From positions 22,880,001-22,944,000 of the forward strand of contig CM052832.1 of the NCBI GenBank assembly GCA_028534125.1: a stretch of DNA of 64,000 nt, read 5' to 3'. Below the pieces are notes generated by a model, which was given only the letters and a program-made list of their open reading frames with translations, ran no database searches and was not told the origin of the DNA. Position numbers and translations under genes: made by a program. Positions 13,091-26,568 of this stretch are shown here, piece after piece (within the stretch, counting starts at the first letter, position 1; each line of letters opens with the position of its first letter). Source of the stretch: Lama glama (taxonomy: Eukaryota).

Positions 13091-13664
13091 CTGTTTAGAA
13101 AGGATGAAAGAAAATCATTAGTTTATTGGAGAAGACTTCTGACAATGCAGCCTCAAAACTGTCCATTAAGTTTTGCTGCTTGGAAATGCATACATGTGTA
13201 CACGAATGCACGCGCACACACACACACACGTATATACAGAGCTCATTTTTTCAATTGGCAAAAAGCACTCTCTGAAGCTTGAGGTGGCCCCCAAGCAAGA
13301 CTGTGATTTAGCAAAGTTTGATTTGCTGTCCTCTCCTTTCTATTAACGCCACCTTTCTTCTCCCTGTCTCATCTCAAAGTGTCTCATTCCTGTTGTCTTG
13401 ACAGGTTTAGACTCTTTTCTGTTAGTGTATTAACTAATAACTAAGAGTTTAAAAAGCGTCACCATGTCCGAGCCTTTTTAGTGGCAGTGAAAGGGTCCTC
13501 GAAGGCTGAGAGTAACCCAATGTGAAATGTGAACTTGGTAACCGGGAATCTGAGAATAAATCTTGTTATTTCTTGGCCTTCTCAGTAGCTTGGTGGCCAA
13601 GTAGGGTCTATTTTATATACCATTTTCTTCTGCCAAAACACATTATCCATAGATGTTTTCAAAA

Positions 13665-13820
13665 ATAAAGGAGCTGGAAAAGATCTTAATAGTCATCTCA
13701 AACCATCTCCACATTTTATAGACTTGGAGACTGAGGCCCAGAGAGATAAAAGAGTTATTGCCAGAGGTAAACCCCACCCTCATTAGATTCCCAGGATAGT
13801 AGTTTCCAGAAATCTTGCCT
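13665..13820 (-). mobile_element. MIR/MIR3 fragment
   Basis: cattttatagacttggagactgaggcccagagagataaaagagttattgcc. Confidence 0.6.
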
Positions 13821-14549
13821 TGGGAAGATTGATACTGCTTTAAAGGCCCCGAATCTTTGACACTTAGCAAGTTAAATAACTTAGCACACGCCATTTGGGA
13901 AAGCTGAAGAACCACGTCTAGATCGTGGGCCCCCAGGTCGACGGTTGCTTAAAAGTTGTCTTTCAACTTAATCCTGTGGAGCAGCAAAGCCTTGGATGTA
14001 ATGATACTGAACACCTCTGTGGCAGAAAGAGGCAGTCTGCTCCAACCCCCAGATGAGAAAGCCCCTGTGAAGTCTTTTTGGCTATCTGCTTCCAGCACTA
14101 TGGCTGACTAGGTGCTCTGAAGGCCTCCTGCTATCATAGCTTACATAGGACCCAGTCTCCAAAACAATGTTGTTTGCATTTGAGTTGTTGGAGATTTTCA
14201 GATTCCCTCCCTTAACCCCTGCCATGTAAATTAGAGTGGATAACTGAGGACAGCACTCGATCAGGGGTCAGGAGGAAAAGGGATGGCCTAGGGATGGATC
14301 AGGATAGTAGCACTGCGGTTGGAGACTGACTCTTGGACAAATATCAAAGTGCACAAGTTTAAGATTCTTAAACTGGCCAAAGGCATTAAAGGTAAGCAGA
14401 AGTTTCCATCTATGGGCATCCAAAGCCACTGGCAGAAAGCATACCCATTTCAGAAGAAAGCCTTCTTAATTTTGAACCTACAGGACTTCACCAAATAAAT
14501 CAAGTAATGTGTTCATAATCAAAGGTCATTAGCAAACAAGAAGGCAAGC

Positions 14550-14906
14550 TGTACTAGTTATCTATAGCTACGTAACACATTATCCTAAAACTTAGCTTAA
14601 AATGACAATAAACAATTATTTATCTCCCCCAGTTTCTGGGGATCTGGAATTTGGGTCCTGGCTCAAGGTCTCTCATAAAGTTGTAGTCATCCGAAAGCTT
14701 AACTGGGGCCGAAGATCCACTTGCAAAGGGACTCACTCATTTGGCTGGCTTGTTGGTGTTGCTTACAGGAGGCCCCAGTTCCCCTCCGCACGAGCCCCCA
14801 GGGCCAGCTAAGTGTCCTCAGGACATGGTAACTGGCTTCCCCCAGAGTGAACAATCCAAGAGAAAGGGAGTCAGGCAGAAGCTACTCTATTTATGTGCTA
14901 ATCTTC
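14550..14906 (-). mobile_element. MaLR LTR, MLT1F-like
   Basis: tgtactagttatctatagctacgtaacacattatcctaaaacttagc...gtgtcctcaggacatggtaactggcttcccccagagtgaacaatccaagag. Confidence 0.75.
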
Positions 14907-15447
14907 AATGAAAACATGGGCAAATTTATTTGCAATCTTGGGGCAAAAAAGGATAACCATGAATGAAAAATTAATTCAATTATATTAAAATTAAGAAGTT
15001 GTATTCATCAAAAGGCATCATAAAGAGAATGAAAAAGTAAATAGCAAATTAGGGGAGATATTTACAACTCACTTAATAAACAAGAGATTAGTATCCAGAA
15101 CACATAATTTCTACAAATCAGTAAGACAACCCAGTAGAAAGCTAGGCAAAGGTTAAAATGCAGGCACTTAGAAAAAACAAGTGTGGACAATATACATGTC
15201 AAAAAGGTTCTCGATCTAGTTAATAATCAAGCAAATAAAAATTATAACCATGATGAGATGCAACTTTAAACCTATACAGTTGTCTCAAAGTAAAAGATCA
15301 GAGAACATCAAGTGTTGGAGAGGAAGTAAATCAAGAAGAAAGCCAGGGGACACTAAATTGTTACAATTACTCTGGAAAACAATTTGGCAATTTGTAAAGC
15401 CAAATATTCACACACCTGATCTCCACCCAACAGCTGTATTTCTAGGT

Positions 15448-15644
15448 CAGTGATTTTGATCCCTGGAGAATTATTTGGCACCGTCTGGAGACACTGTTGG
15501 TTATCACAACTGAATGGCACCACTGGCATCTAGTGGGTAGAAGCCAGGGATGCTGCTAAGCATCCCACAAGGCACAGGGCGGCCTCACACAAGACAGAAT
15601 TATCTGGCCCCAAATGTCAATAGCGCCACCATCAAGGAACCCTC
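15448..15644 (+). mobile_element. MER20 (hAT-Charlie)
   Basis: tctggagacactgttggttatcacaactg, actggcatctagtgggtagaagccagggatgctgctaa, aattatctggccccaaatgtcaatag; 8-bp TSD ttctaggt/tcctaggc. Confidence 0.92.
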
Positions 15645-17667
15645 TCCTAGGCATACAGTCAAGAGGAACTCCTGCACGTATGTATACCAAGAGATATATT
15701 AGAATATATTCAAAACAATGACAATAAACTAGAAATAATACCTCCCTTTTGAGAAGAGAACAGATAAGTCAACTGTGAAATAGCTACTCAGTGAAATACA
15801 CATGACTGAACTACAGCCATAGACAATGGCGTGAACGGACTCTAGTGACCTGACGCGAAAGGAAACAGTAAGCCTCTAAGAAGACCTCCGATGCGATAGA
15901 CTTCACGTAATTTTCAAAAAACAAGGAGAACTGAAAAATCTGTTAGGCATACCTATAAATGTAAGCTTAAACCTCAAAAGCAGGCTAGGCAATGGTAACA
16001 TAAAACTCAAGGTGCCGGTTACCTCTTGACAAAGAGGTAAGACAGAGAAGACTGTGGAGGGTCGGGGAAAACACACTGAGGAAGTTTCGTGACCACGTTT
16101 GAGCACTTGGACTGTGTAGTGGGCTCAGGGTTGTTTACTGTGTTATCATACTTTATAACTTGCATATACATATAGACATAGACGTACACACATAGTGTCA
16201 CAAATATTCTTTTGTACCAAATACTAAAATAGAAATATAAATCAAAAAAATTATTCTGGGAAGAAGTTGTAGAGTGGGTTGTACAATATGACCACACAAG
16301 TAACTTTGAAATTAGGGCAACCAACTCACTTTTTTTTTTTTTTTTTGAGAGAAGATGCTGCTATTTTTGCATTAGAGTCAGGCTCAAAATGGAGTGCAAT
16401 TTGCCCAGTGTTTTCCTTCCTGGCAGTCAGTCCACGGCAGTCCCAACCCCCACACAAATACTGTTGGCATAAGCACCCCTGACTTTGAGATCCACTGGCA
16501 ACAAGCAGAGGGCAAATAAAAGATAACATGAAAATTAGAGGATCTCTTTTTTTCTGCATGGTATAATCATACACTGGTAGGGGCATAATCTCATTATGTA
16601 ACAAGCGTGAGAAAGTGAGTTATCTGTGGCTCTCCTGCCCCTTAGGACAAGGGTCCCTTAGGGAAAACCCTGATTCCTTTTTAAAAATCCAGTTTTCAAA
16701 ACACTGTACCTTTAAACCCAGGGTTGGCAAATTAAGGAAGCCCAAATGATCTGAAGTGCCATGACCACCTATTGGTTTTAAGCAAAATTATAAAAACGTC
16801 CTTCCTTCTCAATTTTTCTTTCATTTTATTCTAACCAGGTTTTCCAAGAGCCAACCTACCCACCTTGTTCCTATTCTCAGCTGACTTACGAATAACCCCT
16901 GCTAGAGTGTTAATTGAAAAGTAAGGTATTAACTGATTATTGCTTAGTACGACCCCTCCCTGGATGGTTTTCATTTTCATGGGGGACTCCCAGAAGCTGG
17001 CGGGGGCTGCGGGAAATGCAGGCTAAAAGATGACCTTCAGGAAGCTACAGCTCACTCCAGCATCTGCAGAAGCAAATAAGGACTATTTGTTATGTAGCCC
17101 CTGAAAGGTTGGCAAAACCTTGCTTCGGGCCCTGTTTAAACATCCAGTCTCTGTCTCCCACTTTTGGAACTGAGCTGCAATAAAACCTCTTACTTGCCTG
17201 ACCCAAGAGGAAATGTTTTATAAATTATCCTGTGGAGAATTATTTGGTCAACATTTAGACCTGAAATACCCTGAAGAGTGAGAAAGTTACAGAAAAAACA
17301 GATTTGGAGAAAGTACTAAGGCCAAAATCAATCAATAAAATGCATAAAAGTGAAAAGAGAAGAAATTTTTCAAGTGTCCAAGCAGAAATGTCGAGACTAT
17401 TTCAACAAAACCCAAAAGGCGTGAAGTTGAATCATGGTGGCAAGGGGGCAGAGGAGAATAAAGATTTCTGAGCAGAACACAAGTACATGGGATGTGTATC
17501 TTTATCTACAAAATAATTGTTCTACCACCTCCCTGCTTCACAGTACTTGGAATTAGTAACTGCTTTCCCTGATAAGAAATGGTATCAGCCTTTTATAAAA
17601 GCAGTAACCCTGAATTAGGATGTGTAAGCCAGCAGGTAGCAGCTGGAATCAGATCCAAACGTGCAGT

Positions 17668-17840
17668 CCTGGTGCTTAAACTTCGCTGCGTATCATCATC
17701 TAACGGTATTTATGTAAAATGAAGATTCTAGGACCCCGGCTGAGGAGATTCAGATTCAGCAGTTCTGCATTGTGGTCCCGGGGTCTGCATTTTAGAGCAT
17801 CCAGGTGAGCCTAATGCCCGCGCGGGCCACAGTGAAGCAG
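17668..17840. mobile_element. MER5-like (hAT-Charlie) MITE
   Basis: gagattcagattcagcagttctg...tctgcattttagagcatccaggtga. Confidence 0.6.
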
Positions 17841-17879
17841 GCTGAAGGAGGCCCGACCCTGGAAATGAACACAAGTATT

Positions 17880-18250
17880 TTTAATTTATATGTTAATATA
17901 CAAGGCCAAGTATAGCCAAGACTTTTAAGGAAAACATCCCATCAAAGTAAAAAGACTCACAGTACTAAGTCTAGTTTATATAAAACTGAAGTGTGACAGG
18001 GTGGTACTATCACAATAGTCAAATAAATAATGGGATACAATATGGAGCCTGGAAACAGATATATGAGATGATAGAAAGACAGAAAGCTCTATATTTACAT
18101 CTATATCTACCTGATTTACAATAGAAGTGACGCTGCTGAGCATTGTGGGAAGGATGGTCCTTTCAACACACGGTTCTAGGTCAATATTATACCCCTAGTG
18201 AGAGAAGTAAATCTTGATCCCTCTCTCACCCAATACACAAAATCAATGCC
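17880..18250 (+). mobile_element. Old L1M ORF2 fragment
   Basis: caaggccaagtatagccaagac, gggaaggatggtcctttcaac, tcttgatccctctctcacccaatacacaaaatcaat. Confidence 0.7.
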
Positions 18251-18540
18251 ACAGTCTTCCTGAGGTTTTCAGTCTTTACCAGGTACACAGATCATCAGAA
18301 AGAAGAGGTTCTAAAGTCTAGTTGATTGTATATGTCTTTTAATAAACTTTATTTTCATTCGTATTGAGATAAGTAATTTAAATAAACTTTGCAGAGGATA
18401 AGATGAAATCTTAATGTATATTTTGGAAATTTTATTTTCCTCTCTCTACTTTCTCCTGTGTTTCTCTCTTCCCTCCCTCCTTAATGTTATGCTCCCCTAC
18501 CATCTATCCTTTTATACTTTTAACCACATGCATAAGATAT

Positions 18541-18870
18541 TAGGGTAACAAATCAGCAGCCCCACATATCAATTCTGACTTACAGAACTATTTTAAAACA
18601 AATTGTGGTTTTGTTTTGTTTTGTTTTAAATCCTGTTGCCAACATGATTGTGAGATTTTGCACAAAATCCAATTATGGGTCATTCCTTGAAAATCTGGCA
18701 CATCTGGCCATTGTAGGACAGCAACAGTCCATGGAAACAGCCTATTGGATTTTGTGAAGCACGTGTCTGCTCTAGACAGGGCAGCCCTCTCAGATTTGCC
18801 TTAATCCTCCCTGGGCCTGCTTTATATACTACCTGCCTGACCCTGTAGGAATTTACATTTAAGATCCCTG
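18541..18870 (-). mobile_element. MER102-like (hAT-Charlie)
   Basis: Reverse strand begins cagggatcttaaatgtaaattcctacagggtcaggcaggtag, similar to the MER102 terminus. Confidence 0.6.
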
Positions 18871-21081
18871 TTACCATTAATGTTTGAATAAAATAGCTAG
18901 ATGCAAAAATATGCTTCTAAAAAATTATAGATGCATAAATGTCAATATTGTTTTCTATTTATATATAGTTTCCAGTGTCTTACATATGGTAGCTAAAAAG
19001 ATTTTTTCTTGTTCTTCTTTAGTTTTTGGGCATAAATCCCTTCTTGTTTTCACAGGAACATTAGCTCAAATTTGCAGATACTGTGTGTTGCAGATAAAAT
19101 TGTTGCATTTAAAACCATATGTCACACTGAACTGTTCAAGAGGCATCAAGTCTTTCTCGCAGATCTTCAAAGATATAATTTTATGCTCAGTTAAGATGGA
19201 AAAGAGCATTAGGTTTGAAGATAAACCTATTTACTATGGATGCATTTCGCTAAATTATTTCACAAATTACTAGGTAGAGAGACATTAGTATAGTATGTTA
19301 AAAGACAACTTTTTCAATTTACATATGTCTTCCTCCACATTAATCAGCTGCTAGGGATTATAATTATGATAGCAGTCGGATGAGTGAGGGTACGCCAAAG
19401 AGCTTGCCTCTTGTTTATTTACACATTCATATTTACTTAAAAAAAACTGCAGTAAGAATTTCAATTCATAAAGTAGCTCAGAAGCATTTAACACTTTATA
19501 GGAATGTTTGTTCTATTTTAGACCATCATTATATTGTGGCTTTAGAAAGGCATAAAACTCTATTACTATTTCGTAGAGTTCAAGTCAACTTGAGTTGTAC
19601 TAAATAAGTAGTTTGTAACTGTGAAAAGTCCTTCAGGAATAAGATGCGTTTCACTGTAACTGTCCTTCATTCCCATACACGTAACTTGTATATTTTTTTA
19701 GACACAAAAGCATGTAAGGGTATTGTATGTTTTGTTTTAAGAAAATATGACCCCCTAGGGCCCTGTTCTCTTCAGAAGTACATCTTATACAAAATATAAT
19801 TCAAATGTCCACCACACTGAATTCAGATCACAGCTTTGCAAAATTGGCTTCACTCAGAAGTTACACATACATACACACTTTTTTCCCCCCTCTTCAAGTG
19901 AATATTAAATGGCAGGCCAAATTATAGAAAACTGGAAGTGACCATAGACAGCATCAGTGAAAACATGTAGCTCAGTGGTGACCAGAATCCCTGCATCACT
20001 TAACCCATCTAGTCTTAAAAACGGTGAGACTAAAATTATAGTGTTCTACATCAAATATGGGAGTAAGGAAAAGGAATGCATAGTCAGTCTGGGACACATA
20101 TATACACATCCATCCTAAGGCAATTCCTGACTTAGGAGTCCCTGAACCACAAAAATCACTCTCTCCTCGCCATTAAGATCTAATCTCTTCTAGGACTGAG
20201 ACCTCATCTCCAGCTTCTCACTCTGCCCAGTCTTTTCCACTCCCGCTCTAGCCCATTTCCTCCCCTCCATCCCATCCCAGTTGTTTGTTTTGAGCTCTCA
20301 GTTCAAAAAGACAGTATGACAAGTGCCGTTCCCTCCCCAAATCCCGCTCTGTGCTTCTTTCGCTGTTCCAGTGTGCTGAGAGAGAAGGGGAAAAGGAGGA
20401 AGCCCTGAAGATGGGAAATGGGAAATAGGAAATAAAACAGGAAGAAAACTCTTACAAACTCTCACAGCCCATTATCAGCCACAATTCCTTTCGTTCACAG
20501 AAACTTAGTTCTGAGGCTGCTCATCAAAGCCCTGCAGTCCTTAAACATATTCAAAGCCCTTCTCCAGATAAATTTCCCTCTGGCCAGCGCAGCTATCTTG
20601 AAAAGTCATCTTCCAACTCCATAGCCTTTTGTCCTCTTCTAGCTTCCAAAAGGCCCTCATCAGCTAATATTCAGCCTTTTTGATCTAGAAGTTCCTACCA
20701 AGTCTTCTGAATGTATAATCTTGCTTTGCAATTTTCAGAAGCCCAACCAATAAACACTTGACAAGTTTCAAACACAAAATGTCAGATGAAAATTTCTTCT
20801 TACATTGGCACGAGAGTGAATACCAAACAAAATTTCCAATACACCAGGAGTCAAACATTCAACTTCTCTGCTCTTGCTTCTGGATCATCAGTGTTGGTTG
20901 CCGGGCAATTTGTGTAAGGTTTTAAAATGGGGATCCCACAAATCTATGGCTTGCAGTGACACCTGACGCTGCATAGCAAGCCTCTGACTTGACATCAGTC
21001 TTCGTTCTCTCAAGCCCCTCCTTCAACTTCCTTGTCATCAAACTTTAAGCTTGAGTGGTATGTGTGCATGTGAGTGTAGAT

Positions 21082-21084
<3 letters not shown>

Positions 21085-21126
<42 letters not shown>
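21085..21126. repeat. (GA)21 microsatellite
   Basis: Perfect dinucleotide run. Confidence 0.97.
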
Positions 21127-21129
<3 letters not shown>

Positions 21130-21139
21130 ATAATCTGAA

Positions 21140-21421
21140 TCCAGCCAGTGGGAGGGGGGTGTGCCCAGAGAGGGAGTGGAAGCTCTGCCCCACACCACCC
21201 TCACCATACCCTGCCCTATGCACCTCTTCTATTCAGCTGTTCTTCAGTTGACTCCCTTGTAATAATCTGGTAAACAAGTAAAGTGTTTTCCTGAGTTCTG
21301 TGAGGCATTGTAGTGAATTACCAGATCTGAAGGGATGGGGTGGGGTCAAGGGAACCGTTGAATTTGTAGCCAAGTTGAACAGAAGTGCAGGTGCTAGAGG
21401 CAGCCTTGTGAGATTGAGCTT
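21140..21421 (+). mobile_element. MER21-like ERV LTR fragment, truncated by gap
   Basis: gtgcccagagagggagtggaagctctg...gccctatgcacctcttc...agtaaagtgttttcctgagttctgtgag. Confidence 0.75.
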
Positions 21422-21921
21422 NNNNNNNNNNNNNNNNNNNNNNNNNNNNNNNNNNNNNNNNNNNNNNNNNNNNNNNNNNNNNNNNNNNNNNNNNNNNNNN
21501 NNNNNNNNNNNNNNNNNNNNNNNNNNNNNNNNNNNNNNNNNNNNNNNNNNNNNNNNNNNNNNNNNNNNNNNNNNNNNNNNNNNNNNNNNNNNNNNNNNNN
21601 NNNNNNNNNNNNNNNNNNNNNNNNNNNNNNNNNNNNNNNNNNNNNNNNNNNNNNNNNNNNNNNNNNNNNNNNNNNNNNNNNNNNNNNNNNNNNNNNNNNN
21701 NNNNNNNNNNNNNNNNNNNNNNNNNNNNNNNNNNNNNNNNNNNNNNNNNNNNNNNNNNNNNNNNNNNNNNNNNNNNNNNNNNNNNNNNNNNNNNNNNNNN
21801 NNNNNNNNNNNNNNNNNNNNNNNNNNNNNNNNNNNNNNNNNNNNNNNNNNNNNNNNNNNNNNNNNNNNNNNNNNNNNNNNNNNNNNNNNNNNNNNNNNNN
21901 NNNNNNNNNNNNNNNNNNNNN
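21422..21921. other. Assembly gap (500 N)
   Basis: Run of N. Confidence 1.
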
Positions 21922-22119
21922 GAATCAGAGAAATATACTCTGATATATTTCATTCCTAGCTAGCTCTCTCAAGCCTTTCCTTCTCTTCCCTTTAACCATG
22001 CATGTAACTTCTTGAAAGACAAGTGCACAATAGCTATCAGCCATTTTTTTCTTCATCTCTTCTCTCCTCACCCCCCTTCCTCTTCTCTCTTCTGCTCTCC
22101 TCCCAGTCTCTCCTTACAC

Positions 22120-22370
22120 ACTGATATCCCTAGCGGCACCTATGACTTTCATTAAAGCTCCAAGCTTGTATTACCATCTGCCAACTGGGTATCTCCAACT
22201 AGAGATTTTACAGGTGCCTCAAACTCAGTATGTCAGAAACTAGATTTATTATCTCCCCTTTGCTAAAATATTCTTCCTGTCTATTTCCCAACCCAGTTAA
22301 AAGCGTCACTCAGATTAATTATCTTTAGTTTTCTCTCTTTATTCTTGATGTTCAATATGAACAAAAAGAG
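22120..22370 (+). mobile_element. L2 fragment
   Basis: gtatctccaactagagatttacaggtgcctcaaactcagtatgtcagaaact. Confidence 0.6.
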
Positions 22371-22757
22371 TCGTAAAGCACTGGGTTAGACCTCAGCTCT
22401 CCATTTAGCTAAGATATCTAGCTAGCAATAATTAATGCTTCACTCATCAAACATTCAAAAGTAACGGAAGTCAGTTTGCATTTGGGTGTCTCATTTGTGT
22501 CCCTTGTTGTATTACCTCCTGAATCAACAGAGGGATCTGTAATGGCTGTGGATTTCCCTTCTAGCTGAAACTCATTTGTGTTCACATCCCCATTTCAGAA
22601 AAGAGAAAAGCAGGGCCAATTTTAATTAAAAAATTTCAAGACATGAATTCCACAGAAAGCTCTTCCTTAAAGATTACTGTTTTCTAATTAATACACTGAG
22701 TATTTGTTATGTTGACCTAAATGGCTATTAGGAACGGGATGAGAAACTCACATCATT

Positions 22758-24932
22758 CTTTTAAATCAACTTTTGAAAGTATGATCCCCATGCAGTGAAC
22801 CACACCTATTTTAAGTATATAGTTCATTGAGATTTGTGAAGCCACTTCTACAATCAGGTTATAGACCATTTCCATAAAACCAAAAGGTTTCCTTATGTCC
22901 CTTTGCATTAGGTCCCCTCATCTTTCCTAAATCTCAAGGAAAATGCTTACCTGTACTCTATCATTTGCATTTTCTAGAATTTCACATGACTGGAAGTATA
23001 CCATGTGTACTTTTTTGGATCTGGCTCCTTTTGTGCAGCATGAAATTTTTGAAATTAAACCACCTTGTTGCATGGATCTTGCTTTTTATTTCTGAGTAGT
23101 TTTCCATTGTATGAATTCACCACAAATTGTTGATCCATTCACCTAGTGATAGACTTGCTTCCAGTTTAGGGTTACAGTGAACAAAGCTTCTAAGAACATT
23201 CATGTACTCATCTTTGGGTGGATATATTTCTTCCCATTTCTCTTGGGTAAATACCTACCAGAGGAACTGCAGGGTTATATATTCAGTGTAGGGTTAACTT
23301 GGTAAGAAACTTCCAAATTGTTTTAAAAAGTGGTTAAAACATTTTATATTCCCATCGGCAATGCTGATTCAGTTAATTTAGTAATTGTGTTTTTATAAGT
23401 CTTCCATATTCTACTGATTTTATGACTACTAGTATTATTAACTTCTGAGAAAGGAGTGTTGAAATATCCAGCTGTAACAGAGAGTTTGTCTATTGCTAAT
23501 TTCAGTGCTGCCAGATTTTTCTTCAGATATTTTTGAAGCTCTTAACTGCATAAATATTTAAGGTTCTTAAACTATTTTGATGAATTGACACCTTGATAAA
23601 ATATTCCCTTTTATTCCTGCAAATATTCCTTTTTCTGATGTGTACTTTGGTCAGTGTCAGCATAGCCATTCAAGTTTTCTCTTGATTAGTACTTGCATAT
23701 TATTTTCCATTTTTTGTTTTTAATCTATATTTTTATATTTGAAGTGTTTTTCTTGTATACAGCATATAACTATCTTGCTTTTTAATCCAGCCTGACAATC
23801 CATGCTTTTTAAGTAAAATGCTTAGATTGTTTGTATTCAATGCAGTTATCTATGATGTTGGGATTCTATCAACCATCTTGCTATGTTTTCCTTTTCATTT
23901 CATTTGTTCTTTGTTCCTTTTTACTCCTTTCCCTTTTTCTTTTGCGTGACTTGAATGTTTTTACTATTCCACTTTATCTACACTAATTTCAATATTTTAT
24001 TATTTTTCAGTCATTTGAATCTTTAAACTCATGACAGTCTACTTTCAAATAATGTACCACTTCAGGAATAATGCAAGAACCTTAAAACAGTGTACTTATA
24101 TTTCCTTCTCCTCTCCTTTCTGCAATTATGCCCAATTATGTATCACTTGAAGCTCTTTTCTTTTTTTATTATTTTAGTCTTTTTTTATGTCAATTTGGAT
24201 AGCTTCTGAGGCTAGATTTTCATTTTCACTGATTTTTTTTGTCTTTAGTTTCTAACTACTTTTAATACAATTGAGTAATATTTTTAAATGTATGTATTGT
24301 ATTTTCTCAAGTCTAGGGTTTGGTGTTTATCACTTACATTGTTCATGTTTTTCCTTTAAATACATGAGCATATTCATAAAGGGTATGTAAAATTATTTGT
24401 CTAATTCCATAATCTCTGTGATGTATCTACTTCTAGTTATTGTTTTTTCTCTTTGTTACAAATTTCATCTTCCTATTTCCTTACGTGGGTAATAGTTTTT
24501 ATCAGATGCTGAACATGATGAATTTCCCATTGTTGAAGGCTAGATTTTGTTGTTTTTTTCTTAAAGAGTTTGGACTTTGGCAGCAAGTTAAGTAACTTGC
24601 AGTTCAGCCTGATACTTTCAAAACTTGCTTTTAAATGCTTTTATGATGCGTTTAGAGTTATCTTTAGGTCTAGGTGAAGATGACCTTCCTGTATTATTAT
24701 CTAGAAAGTGACTTCAAGCTTGATGTTTTCTGCTATGATTTCTGGGATGATCACAGTGCTCACCTTTCTTGTTTTTGTCTCTCAGGATCACCATCCTGCT
24801 ATATTTTTTGTCTGGTGTCTGAAACAGTTGCTTCATGTATTGTGTCCATTTTTCTAGTTTTGTTCCACTTTTCCAGATTTTTATAGTGTGAGGATAAATC
24901 TGTTACTCCATCATGGCTGGAGGCAGAAGTCT
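22758..24932 (-). mobile_element. Degraded, internally deleted L1MB/L1ME-like LINE
   Basis: T-rich antisense L1: tctgagtagtttccattgtatgaa, tctcttgggtaaatacc, gagaaaggagtgttgaaatatcca; ends tgttactccatcatggctggaggcagaagtc (L1M 5' end). Confidence 0.8.
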
Positions 24933-25147
24933 CACATCTCTTTGCCAAGAGGGAAAAGTTTACCTTCACACAGCAGAAAACACTTCTTACCCTAACGTTT
25001 ACTCCATCTTTGTCAAATGGAAAATAATTCCACAGGCTGTATGGTTTCTCAGGCTCTAAATACAGCAATTTGTATTTAGAGAAGTAGAGATTATCCTCTG
25101 TCATTCATACCATTTGTTCAGGGAAAAAAGCTGAATATTATATACAT

Positions 25148-25655
25148 TGCATCAGTTACTTATTACTATGAAACAAACCACCCCAAAATTTTTGTGGCTT
25201 TAAATAACAACCATTTATTTTTTTTCTCATGAGTCTGTGGATTAACGCATCAGTTCTGTTGCTCTGAGTGGACTTGCTGTGGCTCCCTCACTGGCTGTGT
25301 TCAGCTGCAGGCCTGACAGTCTTCTTTGCTGCTCTCAGCTGAATTTTTTTGCACGTATCTTGGCCCTCAGCTGGAATAACTGGACTGGTTCAGCTCTCTC
25401 CCATGTGGTCTATGTTTGGTCTTATGGTGGTGGCAGTTTTCCAAGAAAGCACATGGAATTATTTAAGGCTTCTTGACTGGGCACAGACTTCTGCTGCATT
25501 CTTTTGGCCAACACAGGTCAGAGGTTCAGCTCATATTCAAGGGTTAGAGAAACAGACCCCATCTCTTGATGGGAGGGGATACAAGTCATATCGCAAAACG
25601 TTTGGATATAAAGAGCAGTGGAAATTTAGAGCCATTTTTACGTCCATCTACTGTG
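25148..25655 (-). mobile_element. MaLR LTR, MLT1G/H-like
   Basis: aacaaaccaccccaaaat...ggctttaaataacaaccattt...ttcaagggttagagaaacagaccccatctcttgatgggagg. Confidence 0.75.
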
Positions 25656-26568
25656 TGTACTTCACCTCTGCAAAATGACCTTATTTTAGGAAACTGACTA
25701 GGCTCAGAAAGATAACTGTGATCTGAAGTTTTCTCTCCTGAGCTTCACTAATTGTGATGAGTCACTCTAGCATATGGGCAATGAGAACACCAGGAAATTT
25801 CATTAATCAGCCATCCGTATCTATCCCCTCTGCCTATGACTATGCCATCTCCTTTATTGTTATTTTTGCCAAATCTTGAAAATATGCCATAACCTATGAT
25901 CAAGCAAATACTGTTCAAATGAATACTAAATGAAGACTAAAACAAGTACAAAATAAAACCTACCCTGAGTGCTTTGGTGAAATATCTTCACAGCACTTTG
26001 TATCACCCACCCTGATAACATTCACCATATTTTACCTTTAACTATTTCATTGTTTGAACCCTCGCTACTGTCCTTGAGGTCCAAAATCACATCCTTTCTA
26101 CTTTGTGCCTCCTTCAAGGCTCATTTACAGAGGTGTAAGAGTTGCACCACTGGATAAGCTAAATGAAAAACAGATTAATGTATATATATACTGCAGTTGC
26201 TTTTCTAATGAGTAGGAAGATGTGCTTTCATTGTAATTTTAATCAATACTATAAATAATAATAGTTATCATTTATGAGGCTCTATGTCCAACTACTGTTC
26301 TAAAAATTTAACAAAAACAGTGAGTAACTTCATTGCTGCCTTACCTTTTAACTTCAATCTATATTAAAGTTTTTCAGCTAATATCTGCTTTTACTGTCTA
26401 GTCAGGTAGAGGAAAGCACAGAGCTTTAGAGACAAAGAAATCAGATTCCAGGCTCTCACTACTGCTTCTCAAATACATTATACAACCTGAGGTTCAGTCA
26501 ACAAAATAGAGGTTTACCAATATTTAACTCATAATGAATAGAGAAAATTAAAAGAAATAAAATATATG

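Larger units (their letters stand above)
14085..16240 (+). mobile_element. Degraded L1ME/L1MC-like LINE, interrupted by MLT1F-like LTR and MER20
   Basis: A-rich ORF2 3' remnants (attaaaattaag, gattagtatccagaa, catcaagtgttggagagga, ctggaaaacaatttggca); the 5' part 14085-14550 is only tentatively L1 5'-end-like. Confidence 0.65.

Noticed and set aside
16502..16513. CTCF-like CAAGCAGAGGGC (and GTACCAGAGGGC at ~1049)
   Set aside because: Mismatches at high-information C positions.
19966..19985. tRNA A-box-like gtagctcagtggt
   Set aside because: No B-box, cloverleaf or SINE body follows.
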